Origin: an uncultured Chloroflexia bacterium
GTDB lineage: Bacteria > Chloroflexota > Limnocylindria > QHBO01
Direction: 5' to 3'
Assembly (NCBI GenBank): GCA_963789435.1
Contig: CAWBKO010000007.1
Coordinates: 66,075-130,074 of the forward strand
Length of the DNA: 64,000 nucleotides
A program made the position numbers and the translations under genes. A model generated the notes under the pieces. That model saw nothing but the letters and a program-made list of their open reading frames with translations. It was not told the DNA's origin and did no database searches. Shown here in pieces: positions 43,074 through 51,285 of the stretch; the stretch's first letter is position 1; every line of letters begins with the position of its first letter.

Positions 43074-44394
43074 CTAGCTCCGACCGAAGCGGGTCAGGGT
43101 GCCGATCACCACGATGAGCGCGGAGAGCATGAAGATGATGCCGGCGGGTGTCAGGACCCGGAGCATGCCGACGATGTCACCGCTCCAGTGGCCGCCGACC
43201 TCGACGACCCCGAAGAGCACGATGAGGCCGACGCTCCAGAGCAGCGCGATGACGAGCCCGATCGTCTGGAGCGGCCCGGGCGCGGCCCGCACGAACCCGG
43301 CGATGGCGAGCACCAGGACCACGAGTCCCAGGATCGGGATCGGGCCGGCGAGGCCGAAGTAGAGCTGGTCGGGCAACCCGGCGCCGACGTCCGGATACGC
43401 GGTCCAGAAGGCCAGGCCGTAGCCGTCGGCGCCCCAGGCGCGCTCGAACAGCGATCCCGACCCATAGGCGAACGGCAGCAGGTAGCCGGTGACGATGCCC
43501 ACCAGGCCGATGAGCAGGACGACCGGTCCGAGGACCGCGCCGCGACGGCCGACCTGGACCGTCTCGGTGCTCGGCTCGCCCGCCACCGCCACCGCCGGCG
43601 GTACGTAGCCTGGGGCGACGGCCCGCAGGTTCGCGCCGCAGTTCTGGCAGAAGGCGACGCCGGCGCGATTGTGGGTGCCGCAGCGCGGACAGGCCATCGT
43701 GCCCTCCGGGGCGCCGGGGCGCTCGACCGTGCTCGCGACGCCTGCGGCAACCAGCCGCTGGCCGCAGTTGCGGCAGAAGGCGAGGCCGGGCCGATTCTCG
43801 GTGCCGCAGCGTGGGCACTGGGTGCTCTCGCCGATCGCCTCCTCTCCGGCCGGGACGGCATGCGCCTGCGCAGCGGCCGAGGAGTCGGCACGGCGTCCAC
43901 GCCGTCGTCCGTCGCAGCGATCGCCGCGGCGGGATAGGCCTCCACCTCGCTGGGCGGCGGCTCCGCCGGCTCCGGCTCCGGTGTTGTCGTCCATGTCCGG
44001 CTCGCAGGATCGGCTCGTCGCCGCGCTCCGGCGGCGTGGTGGGCCAGGTGTCGGCGTCGGCCGAGCCCGCCTGCAGGCGGTTCGGTCGGCCATGCCGGAG
44101 ACTCCGCCGATTCCGCAGGGCGACGTGGTGGATGCGTCCTGGCTCGGCCAGCTCTCGATCTCGGCCGTGCCCATCGACTCTGCCGGCTCGGTTGGCGCCG
44201 GCTCGGTTGGCGCCGGCTCGTTCCAGTCCGTCGATCCGGCCGGCTCCGGCGCTGCCTCGTCGCGGATGTCCGTTGGCTCGGCCGCGTCGGGGGCAGCTCC
44301 TCGGACGGTTGGGGCTGCGTCGGCTCGAGCGGACGACGGTCGAAGCGTCCTCCGCGTCGGGCGAGTCGCGCCGATCGCGCTCCTCCTGGTCCAC
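43074..44394 (-). CDS. Double-zinc-ribbon membrane protein (acidic/Pro-rich N-terminus, 2 zinc ribbons, ~5-6 TM); N-terminal ~150 aa ambiguous, probably frame-disrupted
   Basis: ORF 43074..44174: CPRCGTENRPGLAFCRNCGQRL and CPRCGTHNRAGVAFCQNCGANL. TMs: VLGPVVLLIGLVGIVTGYLLPF, IPILGLVVLVLAIAGFV, IGLVIALLWSVGLIVLFGVV, AGIIFMLSALIVVIGTL. Open frames upstream (ORFs 43151..43945 and 43177..44394) carry EP/AP-rich sense. The first possible start is at 44394, 30 nt after the purQ stop. Confidence 0.6.
44182..44222 (-). repeat. 2.7 tandem copies of a 15-bp unit (pentapeptide period, PTEPA-type) in the N-terminal region of the double-zinc-ribbon gene
   Basis: gccggctcggttggc / gccggctcggttggc / gccggctcgtt, read directly from the sequence. 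Confidence 0.85.
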
Positions 44395-44424
44395 TCGTTC
44401 GCCTCCTGCGGCAGATCTGGGCGG

Positions 44425-45183
44425 TCAGCCCGATGATAGCCGACGCTCGGCGACCGCCGGCTGATCCTGCAGCCAGCGCTCGAGGGACCGGAAGAGGCGC
44501 AGGCCGTCGGTCCCGCCGACCTCCGGCTCGGCCGCGCGCTCCGGGTGCGGCATCAGGCCGAGCACGTTGCCGCGCTCGTTGACGATGCCGGCGATCCCGC
44601 GCTCCGACCCATTCGGGTTCGCTTCACTGCTCACGCGTCCGGCGGCATCGGAGTAGCGGAGAACGACCCGTCCATCGCGCTCGAGCGCATCGAGGGTGTC
44701 CTCGTCTGCGGCGTAGCGACCCTCGCCGTGGCTGATCGGCAGGCTGATGACCTCGCCATCGGCGAGGTCGCCGAGCCAGGCGGGTGCCGAGGTCGGGCCG
44801 CTCGACCCGCAGGGACTGCCAGTCGCAGCGGAACTCGAGGTGATCGTTGCGCAGCAGCGCGCCGGGCAGCAGTCCCGGCCTCGGTGAGCACCTGGAAGCC
44901 GTTGCACGAGCCGATCACCGGGCCGCCGGCGGCGGCGAACGCCTCGACCGCGCGCATGATCGGCGAGAAGCGCGCGATGGCGCCGGTGCGCAGGTGGTCA
45001 CCGTGCGCGAAGCCCCCCGGGCAGGACGATCGCGTCGGGCGCGCCAAGATCGTCGTCGGTGTGCCACACGAGACGCGCCTCCCAGCCGAGGACCGCGTCG
45101 GCGACGTGCGCGAAGTCGCGGTCGGACCAGGTCCCGGGAAAGACCGCCACCGCCACGCGTGGGCTGCGAGCCAGGACGGTCAC
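44425..45183 (-). CDS. purQ: Phosphoribosylformylglycinamidine synthase glutaminase subunit PurQ; frame-disrupted (3 shifts ~45000, ~44885, ~44800); in frame with purS, no intervening stop
   Basis: [24 protein letters not shown]...DAIVLPGG (frame of ORF 44998..47670). [46 protein letters not shown] (ORF 44631..45047). [18 protein letters not shown] (unlisted frame). [10 protein letters not shown]...[28 protein letters not shown] (ORF 44425..44907). The GTG at 45183 is a candidate internal start. Confidence 0.85.
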
Positions 45184-45462
45184 GGGTTCGCCGTCATCGG
45201 CGTCCTGCTCGTCGTCGGCGCGCAGCTCCCAGCTGGCGGTCTCCATGACCGGGTTGGCGAGGAGGCGGCGGCACATCTCGTCGACCGCGGCCTCGGCCGC
45301 CCCGTGGTCGGGCGCCTCGAAGGCAATGCGCATCAGCTTGCCGCTCCTGACCTCGCTCACGGTCGGATAGCCCAGGGCGCGCAGCGCCGATCCGATGGTC
45401 TGCCCCTCCGGATCGGCGATCCCCGATCGGAGTGCGACGTGGACCTCCGCCAGCCAGCGCAT
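45184..45462 (-). CDS. purS: Phosphoribosylformylglycinamidine synthase subunit PurS (reads through into purQ as sequenced)
   Basis: MRWLAEVHVALRSGIADPEGQTIGSALRALGYPTVSEVRSGKLMRIAFEAPDHGAAEAAVDEMCRRLLANPVMETASWEL, from the last 154 codons of ORF 44998..47670. The ATG at 45462 lies 2 nt after the purC TGA. There is no stop codon before the purQ domain. Confidence 0.85.
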
Positions 45463-45464
45463 GG

Positions 45465-46361
45465 TCAAGCCGATGCGTCCCACGGCCGCCCGGTGAGGCG
45501 CTCGAACGCGGCGACGTAGCGATCGCGCGTGCCGTCGATGACCTCGTCCGGGAGCGTCGGGGCGGGTGGCTCCTTGTTCCATCCGGCATCGGCGACGAAG
45601 TCGCGCACGAACTGCTTGTCGAAGCTCTGCGGGCTGGATCCGGGCGCGTAGCGCTCGCCATCCCAGAAGCGAGACGAATCCGGGGTCAGCACCTCGTCGA
45701 TCACCGCCAGCTCGCCGTCGATGAACCCGAACTCGAACTTCGTGTCGGCCAGGATCAGCCCGACCGCCTCGGCGCGGCGCGCGCCCTCGTTGTAGAGCGC
45801 GATCGAGCGCTCCTCGAGCTGTCGCGCGAGGTCGGCGCCGACCATGTCGGCCAGCTGGTCGCGGCTGATGTTCTCGTCGTGCCCGACCTCCGCCTTGGTC
45901 GACGGCGTGAAGATCGGTTCCGGCAGGCGATCGGCCTCGCGCAGCCCGTCGGGGAGGCGATGCCCGCACACGGTTCCGGCGCGCTGGTACTCCGCCCATC
46001 CGGAGCCGGCCAGGTAGCCGCGCACGACGCACTCGGCGTCGACTCGCTCGGCGCGCCGGACGAGCATCGAGCGCGGCGCCAGCTCCCGCGTGCGAGCCGG
46101 CTCCGGTAGCCGCTCGCGATCGGCGCTCACGAAATGGGATCGGCCGAGATCGGCCAGCTGCTCGAACCACCACGTGGAGAGGCGGGTGAGGACAGCGCCC
46201 TTGTCCGGGATCGGCTGCTCGAAGACGACGTCGAAGGCCGAGAGTCGATCGGTGGCGACGAGCAGCAGGTGGCGGTCGTCGACCTCGTAGGTCTCGCGGA
46301 CCTTGCCGCGGTGGATCAGGGGCAGTCCTTCGATCTCGGTGCGCATCATCGTGTCCGGCAT
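45465..46361 (-). CDS. purC: Phosphoribosylaminoimidazole-succinocarboxamide synthase PurC, intact
   Basis: ORF 45465..46361: GKVRETYEVDDRHLLLVATDRLSAFD, IPDKGAVLT, VRGYLAGSGW, IFTPSTKAE.GHDENIS, LILADTKFEFG, VIDEVLTPDSSRFW, SFDKQFVRD. Confidence 0.95.
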   Translation of the reverse strand: MPDTMMRTEIEGLPLIHRGKVRETYEVDDRHLLLVATDRLSAFDVVFEQPIPDKGAVLTRLSTWWFEQLADLGRSHFVSADRERLPEPARTRELAPRSMLVRRAERVDAECVVRGYLAGSGWAEYQRAGTVCGHRLPDGLREADRLPEPIFTPSTKAEVGHDENISRDQLADMVGADLARQLEERSIALYNEGARRAEAVGLILADTKFEFGFIDGELAVIDEVLTPDSSRFWDGERYAPGSSPQSFDKQFVRDFVADAGWNKEPPAPTLPDEVIDGTRDRYVAAFERLTGRPWDASA

Positions 46362-46856
46362 TCAGTCGCCCTCCTGGGGTGCGGCATCGATCGGTTCGGG
46401 GCCGCGGCTTGGTTGAATGTTGAAGCGTTGCTTCGCGCGGCGTTCGATGCGCTGGAACACCTCCAGGGCGACGACCACCAGGACGGCGCTGACCGTCGCG
46501 ACGACGAAGAGCCCGGCGCCGGCGGCCATCCCGACCGCCGCGACCGCCCACAGAGACGCCGCCGTCGTCAGTCCGCGCACCGTGCCGCCGTAATGCAGGA
46601 TCGCGCCACCGCCCAGGAAGCCGACGCCCGACACGACCTGGGCAGCGATCCGGGTCGGGTCGGAGAGGGGCCCGGTGAACGCGTAGGCGCTGACGACGGT
46701 GAAGATCGCCGCACCGAGCGAGACGAGCGCGTGCGTCCGAAAGCCGGCCGGCATGCGCTGGAGCTCTCGCTCCCAGCCGATCCCGGCGCCCAGCAGGAGC
46801 GCCACGACGAGGCGCAGCGTCAGCTCCAGCTGCGTACCGAGGCTCAGGTCTTCCAC
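46362..46856 (-). CDS. MgtC/SapB-family membrane protein, intact; stop codon abuts the purC start codon
   Basis: ORF 46362..46856: LRLVVALLLGAGIGWERE...PAGFRTHALVSLGAAIF...DPTRIAAQVVSGVGFLGGGAIL...VRGLTTAASLWAVAAVGMAAGAG. Confidence 0.85.
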   Translation of the reverse strand: MEDLSLGTQLELTLRLVVALLLGAGIGWERELQRMPAGFRTHALVSLGAAIFTVVSAYAFTGPLSDPTRIAAQVVSGVGFLGGGAILHYGGTVRGLTTAASLWAVAAVGMAAGAGLFVVATVSAVLVVVALEVFQRIERRAKQRFNIQPSRGPEPIDAAPQEGD

Positions 46857-46871
46857 GTCGCTCAGGTCCTT

Positions 46872-47732
46872 CTAGGATGCATCGCTCGCGAGCAGTCGCG
46901 ACCACGCGGCTGCCGACCACGCGTGGAGTGCTCCGCCGGCGAGGACAAGGCAGAGCCAGATCGCCACGAAGCCTAGCAGCAGGAGCCCGGTCGCGATGTC
47001 GAACCCACCGCCGATGGCCAGCTGCGCGCCGATCGGAGCCCACAGCACCCCGAGCAGGAGCGCCCCGAATCCCAGGAAGGCGAGCTGCGCGAGGAACGCG
47101 GCGACGGCGTGGATTGCGGGTGCGGGTTGGAGCGCCACGGCCGGTGCCGCCCGAAGGGCCTCGCCGATGCGGAGCCGCCGTTCGACCGCGAGGCGGCCGG
47201 CAACGGCGGCAAGGGCGGCACCGACGGCGGCCGTCACCCCCAGCAGGACGAGGTATGGCATGAGCCGCAGGGCCGTGCGCAGCACGGGGCCGCCGGCCGG
47301 GTCGGGGGCGTTGAACTCGCGCGGCGCGATCGCGATGAGCGCCATGAGCGTCACCAGCGTCGAGAGCAGGGCCGGGAGCGCCATGACGACGTTGATCGCG
47401 AGGATCTGGCGAGCGTCCGACGTCGACGGCGAGCGGCGCGCGAGGAGCGCGATGAGAACCGCGTTTGCCGCCGCCGTCACGGCGAAGGCGAGCAGGACGA
47501 GCGCGACGGCGGCGGCGCCGATGAGGACGGCGTTCCACGGCCAGGCTCCCGATGTCACGATCCGCGCACCCAGGAACGTGAGCTCCGCCACGGACGGCGG
47601 ATGTGCCACCGCGATGACGAACGGGATCCAGCCGACGCTCGCGACCCATGCCAACGCGCCGGGGAGCCACAGCTCTGCGCGCTCCGATACGACCCGCACC
47701 GACCCGGCGGCCGCATCACGCCAGCGACGCAT
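46872..47732 (-). CDS. Hypothetical integral membrane protein (~6 TM by eye), intact
   Basis: ORF 46872..47906, start Met59 (47732), 14 nt after the purB stop. Hydrophobic segments LWLPGALAWVASVGWIPFVIAV, VLIGAAAVALVLLAFAVTAAANAVLIALL, ILAINVVMALPALLSTLVTLMALIAI, LMPYLVLLGVTAAVGAALAAVAG, AAFLAQLAFLGFGALLLGVLWAPIG, LLLLGFVAIWLCLVLAGGAL. No family recognised. Confidence 0.6.
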   Translation of the reverse strand: MRRWRDAAAGSVRVVSERAELWLPGALAWVASVGWIPFVIAVAHPPSVAELTFLGARIVTSGAWPWNAVLIGAAAVALVLLAFAVTAAANAVLIALLARRSPSTSDARQILAINVVMALPALLSTLVTLMALIAIAPREFNAPDPAGGPVLRTALRLMPYLVLLGVTAAVGAALAAVAGRLAVERRLRIGEALRAAPAVALQPAPAIHAVAAFLAQLAFLGFGALLLGVLWAPIGAQLAIGGGFDIATGLLLLGFVAIWLCLVLAGGALHAWSAAAWSRLLASDAS

Positions 47733-47746
47733 CGACGGCTCCCGGC

Positions 47747-49054
47747 CTAGTCCGAACCGTCGAGGCCGAGCGCCCGATAGGTGACCTCGATGCCTTCGAG
47801 GTGGTGACGCAGGTCCATCGCGCGCTGGATCTCGTCCGGAGCGAGCCACTCGCCGACCGCGGGGTCCTCGCGGAGGGCCTCGCCGAACGTCGTCTCGCCG
47901 CTCCACGCCCGCTTGGCGGCGCCCTGCACCAACCGATAGGCGGCCTGCCGATCCGCTCCCTTGGCGACCATCGCCAGCAGCAGCGCCTCCGAGTAGACCA
48001 TGCCACCCAGCTCGTCGAGGTTGCGGAGCATCCGATCGGCGTCGATCTCCAGTCCGTCGAGAATGTCGCCCAGGGTCCGCGTGGCGTAGGCAGCCACCCC
48101 GAGCGCCCGCTCGAAGACGAAGCGCTCCGCCGAGCTGTGGCTGATGTCACGCTCGTGCCAGAGGGCCATGTTCTCGAGGCCGACGATGGCGTCCGCGCGC
48201 AGCAGCCGGGACATGCCCGTCACCCGCTCGGCCAGGATCGGATTGCGCTTGTGCGGCATCGCGCTGCTTCCCTGCTGGCCGGCGCCGAACGGCTCGAAGG
48301 CCTCGCCAACCTCCGTGCGCTGGAGATGCCGGATCTCGACGGCGACCCGCTCGAGCGTCCCGCCGACGATGGCGAGGGTCGTGAGCAGCTCGGCATGCCG
48401 ATCTCGGCTCACGACCTGGGTCGGCGCCGAGTCCGGTCTCAGCCCCAACGCGTCGAGGACGTGACGCTCGACCTCGCCGCTGACGTTGGCATGCGTGCCG
48501 ACGGCTCCGGAGATCGAGCCCACCGCGATCCCGTCGCGCGCGCGTGCCAGGCGCTCGGCGTCGCGCTGCAGCTCGGCGTACCAGCCGGCGGCCTTGAAGC
48601 CGAACGTGATCGGCTCGGCGTGGATGCCGTGGCTTCTCCCGACCATCGGCGTGTCGCGGTGCTGGAGCACCAGGCGATGGACGACCTTGACCAGGCGTGC
48701 CAGCTCGCGCTCGACGACGGCGGTGGCGTCGCGCAACGTGACCGCGGTCGCGGTGTCGAGCACGTCCGAGCTCGTCAGCCCGTAATGGAGCCAGCGGCCC
48801 TCCGGTCCGAGCCGCTCGGTGACCGAGCGCAGAAAGGCGATGACGTCGTGCTGCGACTCCTGCTCGATCTCGCGCGCCCGCGCCGGATCGACCTCGGTCG
48901 CGGCCGCCCGAATGCGCTCCCAGTCGTCGGTCGGCACCACCCCGGCCGCATGGAGCGCCTCCGCGGCGAGCAGCTCGATGCGCAGCCACAGTTCGAGCCG
49001 GCGCCGCTCGCCGAAGATCTCGCGCAGCTCCGGCAGCGCGTACCGATCGATCAT
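47747..49054 (-). CDS. purB: Adenylosuccinate lyase PurB, intact
   Basis: ORF 47747..49054: YALPELREIF, HYGLTSSDVLDTA, MVGRSHGIHAEPITFG, GAVGTHAN, fumarate-lyase signature GSSAMPHKRNP, LWHERDISHSSAER. Confidence 0.95.
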   Translation of the reverse strand: MIDRYALPELREIFGERRRLELWLRIELLAAEALHAAGVVPTDDWERIRAAATEVDPARAREIEQESQHDVIAFLRSVTERLGPEGRWLHYGLTSSDVLDTATAVTLRDATAVVERELARLVKVVHRLVLQHRDTPMVGRSHGIHAEPITFGFKAAGWYAELQRDAERLARARDGIAVGSISGAVGTHANVSGEVERHVLDALGLRPDSAPTQVVSRDRHAELLTTLAIVGGTLERVAVEIRHLQRTEVGEAFEPFGAGQQGSSAMPHKRNPILAERVTGMSRLLRADAIVGLENMALWHERDISHSSAERFVFERALGVAAYATRTLGDILDGLEIDADRMLRNLDELGGMVYSEALLLAMVAKGADRQAAYRLVQGAAKRAWSGETTFGEALREDPAVGEWLAPDEIQRAMDLRHHLEGIEVTYRALGLDGSD

Positions 49055-49545
49055 GCTCTCGGGTCGATGCGCAGCTCCGCCATCGCCGCCTGGTCGGCCC
49101 GCACGGCCGCCACCCGATCGGCCACGGCGTCATCCGAGAGCGCGAGGATGCGAGCGGCGAGGTGCGCCGCGTTCTTCGCGCCCGCACTGCCGATCGCCAC
49201 CGTGGCCACCGGCACGCCGGGTGGCATCTGGACGACCGCGTAGAGCGCATCGGCGCCTCCGAGCGAGCCTCCGTCGAGCGGGATGCCGATGACCGGCTTC
49301 GCCGTCAGCGAGGCGAGGACGCCGGGAAGGTGGGCGGCCAGGCCCGCCGCGCCGATGAAGAGCTGCACGCCGGCCCGCTCGGCCTCGTCGACGTAGGCGT
49401 GGAGGGTCTCGGCCTGGCGGTGGGCGCTGATGACGGAGGCCTCCCAGCCGATCCCGTACTCGTCGAGCACGTCGAAGCATCCCTTCAGGGCCGGCAGGTC
49501 GGAGCGGGAGCCGCAGACGACGGCGACGATCGGCATCGGCGCCAA
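49051..49545 (-). CDS. purE: 5-(carboxyamino)imidazole ribonucleotide mutase PurE, intact; ATGA overlap with purB
   Basis: ORF 49051..49545: VAVVCGSRSDLPALKG, ISAHRQAE, FIGAAGLAAHLPGVLASLTAKPVIGIPL, LYAVVQMPPGVPVATVAIG. Confidence 0.9.
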   Translation of the reverse strand: MAPMPIVAVVCGSRSDLPALKGCFDVLDEYGIGWEASVISAHRQAETLHAYVDEAERAGVQLFIGAAGLAAHLPGVLASLTAKPVIGIPLDGGSLGGADALYAVVQMPPGVPVATVAIGSAGAKNAAHLAARILALSDDAVADRVAAVRADQAAMAELRIDPRA

Positions 49546-49653
49546 GGATAGCCGCCGGCCTTGACCTCAGCTTGAGGTTGCCGGTTCCGGTCGATGCGGA
49601 GCCCGCCCGTTCGTCATCATCGGTGTCCAGGCCATCCGCATCCCGAGGAACCC

Positions 49654-50002
49654 ATGAAATACCTTCTCCTGCTCTACGGCGATCCGGCCGCCGAGGCCGC
49701 GGCCGGACCGGACGGTCGCGCGGCCATGGTCGAGGACCACCGCCGCTTCAGCGCGATGTTGCGTGAGCGAGATGCGATCGTGCTCGGCGAGGCGTTGCAG
49801 GGCCCGGAGCAGACCATGACGCTGCGATTCTCGGCGAGGCGGTGACCCGGTCGTGACCGACGGGCCGTTCCTCGAGGCGAAGGAGGCGCTCGGCGGCCTC
49901 TACGTGCTCGAGTGCGATGGCGCCGACGAGGCGATCGAGCTGGCGAAGCAGGTGCCCCGCTCACCCGGCCTGGTGGCCGAGCTGAGCCCCATCGCCGGCT
50001 AG
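49654..50002 (+). CDS. YCII-related (DGPF) domain protein; frame-disrupted (1 shift ~49838)
   Basis: MKYLLLLYGDPAAEAAAGPDG...VEDHRRFSAMLRERDAIVLGEALQGPEQTMTLRF (ORF 49594..49845, Met21). A second frame then gives GGDPVVTDGPFLEAKEALGGLYVLECDGADEAIELAKQVP...stop at 50002. Convergent ~40-nt overlap with the purD 3' end. Confidence 0.75.
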
Positions 50003-51271
50003 CTCGCGCGAGGCGATGTCGCTCCGGTAGCCACCGCCATCGAGGGCGACGTTCGCGACGCCGCGGTAGGCGGCATCGCGCGCCAGCTGCATCGTTGCGC
50101 CGCGGCCGACCATGGCAAGGACGCGGCCGCCGGCCGTCTCGTACCGACCGTCGTGCAGGCGCGTGGTGCCGGCGTGGAAGCAGAGCAGCTCCCCATCGTC
50201 GGCAGCGCTGGAGGGCTCGGCGCCCTGGACGATCCGCCCGGCGATCGGCGCATTCGGGTAGCCCTCGGCGGCAACGACCACGCCCACCGCGGCGCCGCCT
50301 CGTAGCCCCACCGAGCCTTCCATCAGCCCGCGGTCGCCGACGGCGCAGCCGAGCAGTGCTGCGGCGAGGTCGCCGTCGAGCATCGGCAGCAGGACCTGGG
50401 CCTCCGGGTCGCCGAAGCGGGCGTTGAACTCGAGGACCATCGGACCGTCGTCGGTCAGCATCATGCCGGCGTACAGGACGCCGCGGTACGGGAACCCGTC
50501 GCGCGCCATCCGCCAGGCGATCGGCTCGAAGACCTCGGCCGCAACCCGCTCGAGGGCCGCCCGGTCGAACCAGGGCACCGGCGCGTAGGCGCCCATCCCC
50601 CCGGTGTTGGGGCCGGTGTCCCCGTCGCCGAGCCGCTTGTAGTCGCACGCCGCCGCCAGCGGGACGACGGCCTCGTCGCTGACCAGCGCGAACGCGCTGA
50701 CCTCGGTGCCCGCCAGGCGCTCCTCGATAACGACGCGCGCGCCGGGAGCCACGCTGTCGAACAGCTCGCGCACCGCCGCCTCGGCTTCCTCGGCCGTCTC
50801 AGGCACCACCACGCCCTTGCCGGCCGCCAGCCAGTCGGCCTTGACCACCGGGGGACGCTCCGCGGCCCGAACGTGGGCGAGCGCCGCGTCGGGGTCGGTG
50901 AAGCTCTCCGCCGATGCGGTCGGGACGCCGGCTCGCCGCATCTGCTCCTTCGCGAAGGCCTTGCTCGACTCCAGCCGGGCGGCCGCACGCGTCGGGCCGA
51001 AGGTCGGGATGCGGGTCGATGCCAGCTCGTCCGCGAGGCCGGCGGCCAGCGGCGCCTCGGGCCCGATCACCACCAGCCCGTAGCGCTCACGGGCCGCGTG
51101 ACGGGCGACCGAGATCACATCGCGGACGTCCAGGTCGCGGATCGGTTCGGCGACCGCCGCCGTCCCGCCGTTGCCCGGCGCGATGTGCACGCTCCGCACG
51201 CCCTCGTCGCGCGCCAGCCGCCAGGCAAGCGCGTGCTCGCGGCCACCCGATCCGATCACGAGCACGTCCAT
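49961..51271 (-). CDS. purD: Phosphoribosylamine-glycine ligase PurD, intact
   Basis: ORF 49961..51271: MDVLVIGSGGREHALAWRL, FGPTRAAARLESSKAFAK, VVKADWLAAGKGV, DYKRLGDGDTGPNTGGMGAY, GVLYAGMMLT..GPMVLEFNARFGDPE. Confidence 0.95.
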   Translation of the reverse strand: MDVLVIGSGGREHALAWRLARDEGVRSVHIAPGNGGTAAVAEPIRDLDVRDVISVARHAARERYGLVVIGPEAPLAAGLADELASTRIPTFGPTRAAARLESSKAFAKEQMRRAGVPTASAESFTDPDAALAHVRAAERPPVVKADWLAAGKGVVVPETAEEAEAAVRELFDSVAPGARVVIEERLAGTEVSAFALVSDEAVVPLAAACDYKRLGDGDTGPNTGGMGAYAPVPWFDRAALERVAAEVFEPIAWRMARDGFPYRGVLYAGMMLTDDGPMVLEFNARFGDPEAQVLLPMLDGDLAAALLGCAVGDRGLMEGSVGLRGGAAVGVVVAAEGYPNAPIAGRIVQGAEPSSAADDGELLCFHAGTTRLHDGRYETAGGRVLAMVGRGATMQLARDAAYRGVANVALDGGGYRSDIASRELAGDGAQLGHQAG

Positions 51272-51285
51272 CGGGCGGCGGGCGC

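Noticed and set aside
5484-45183. Programmed ribosomal frameshifting or recoding as the explanation for the frame breaks
   Set aside because: The breaks occur at roughly 100 sites in unrelated genes and in both +1 and -1 directions. I saw no shared slippery heptamer or downstream structure at the sites I inspected (e.g. 6640, 6760, 20525, 24893). Adjacent blocks have none. Random indel error is far more parsimonious.
45463-47670. Upstream part of the 890-aa ORF 44998..47670
   Set aside because: It is out of frame across purC, the MgtC-family gene and the 6-TM gene, all of which have clear in-frame products. Only the terminal 154 codons (PurS plus the PurQ N-terminus) make sense.
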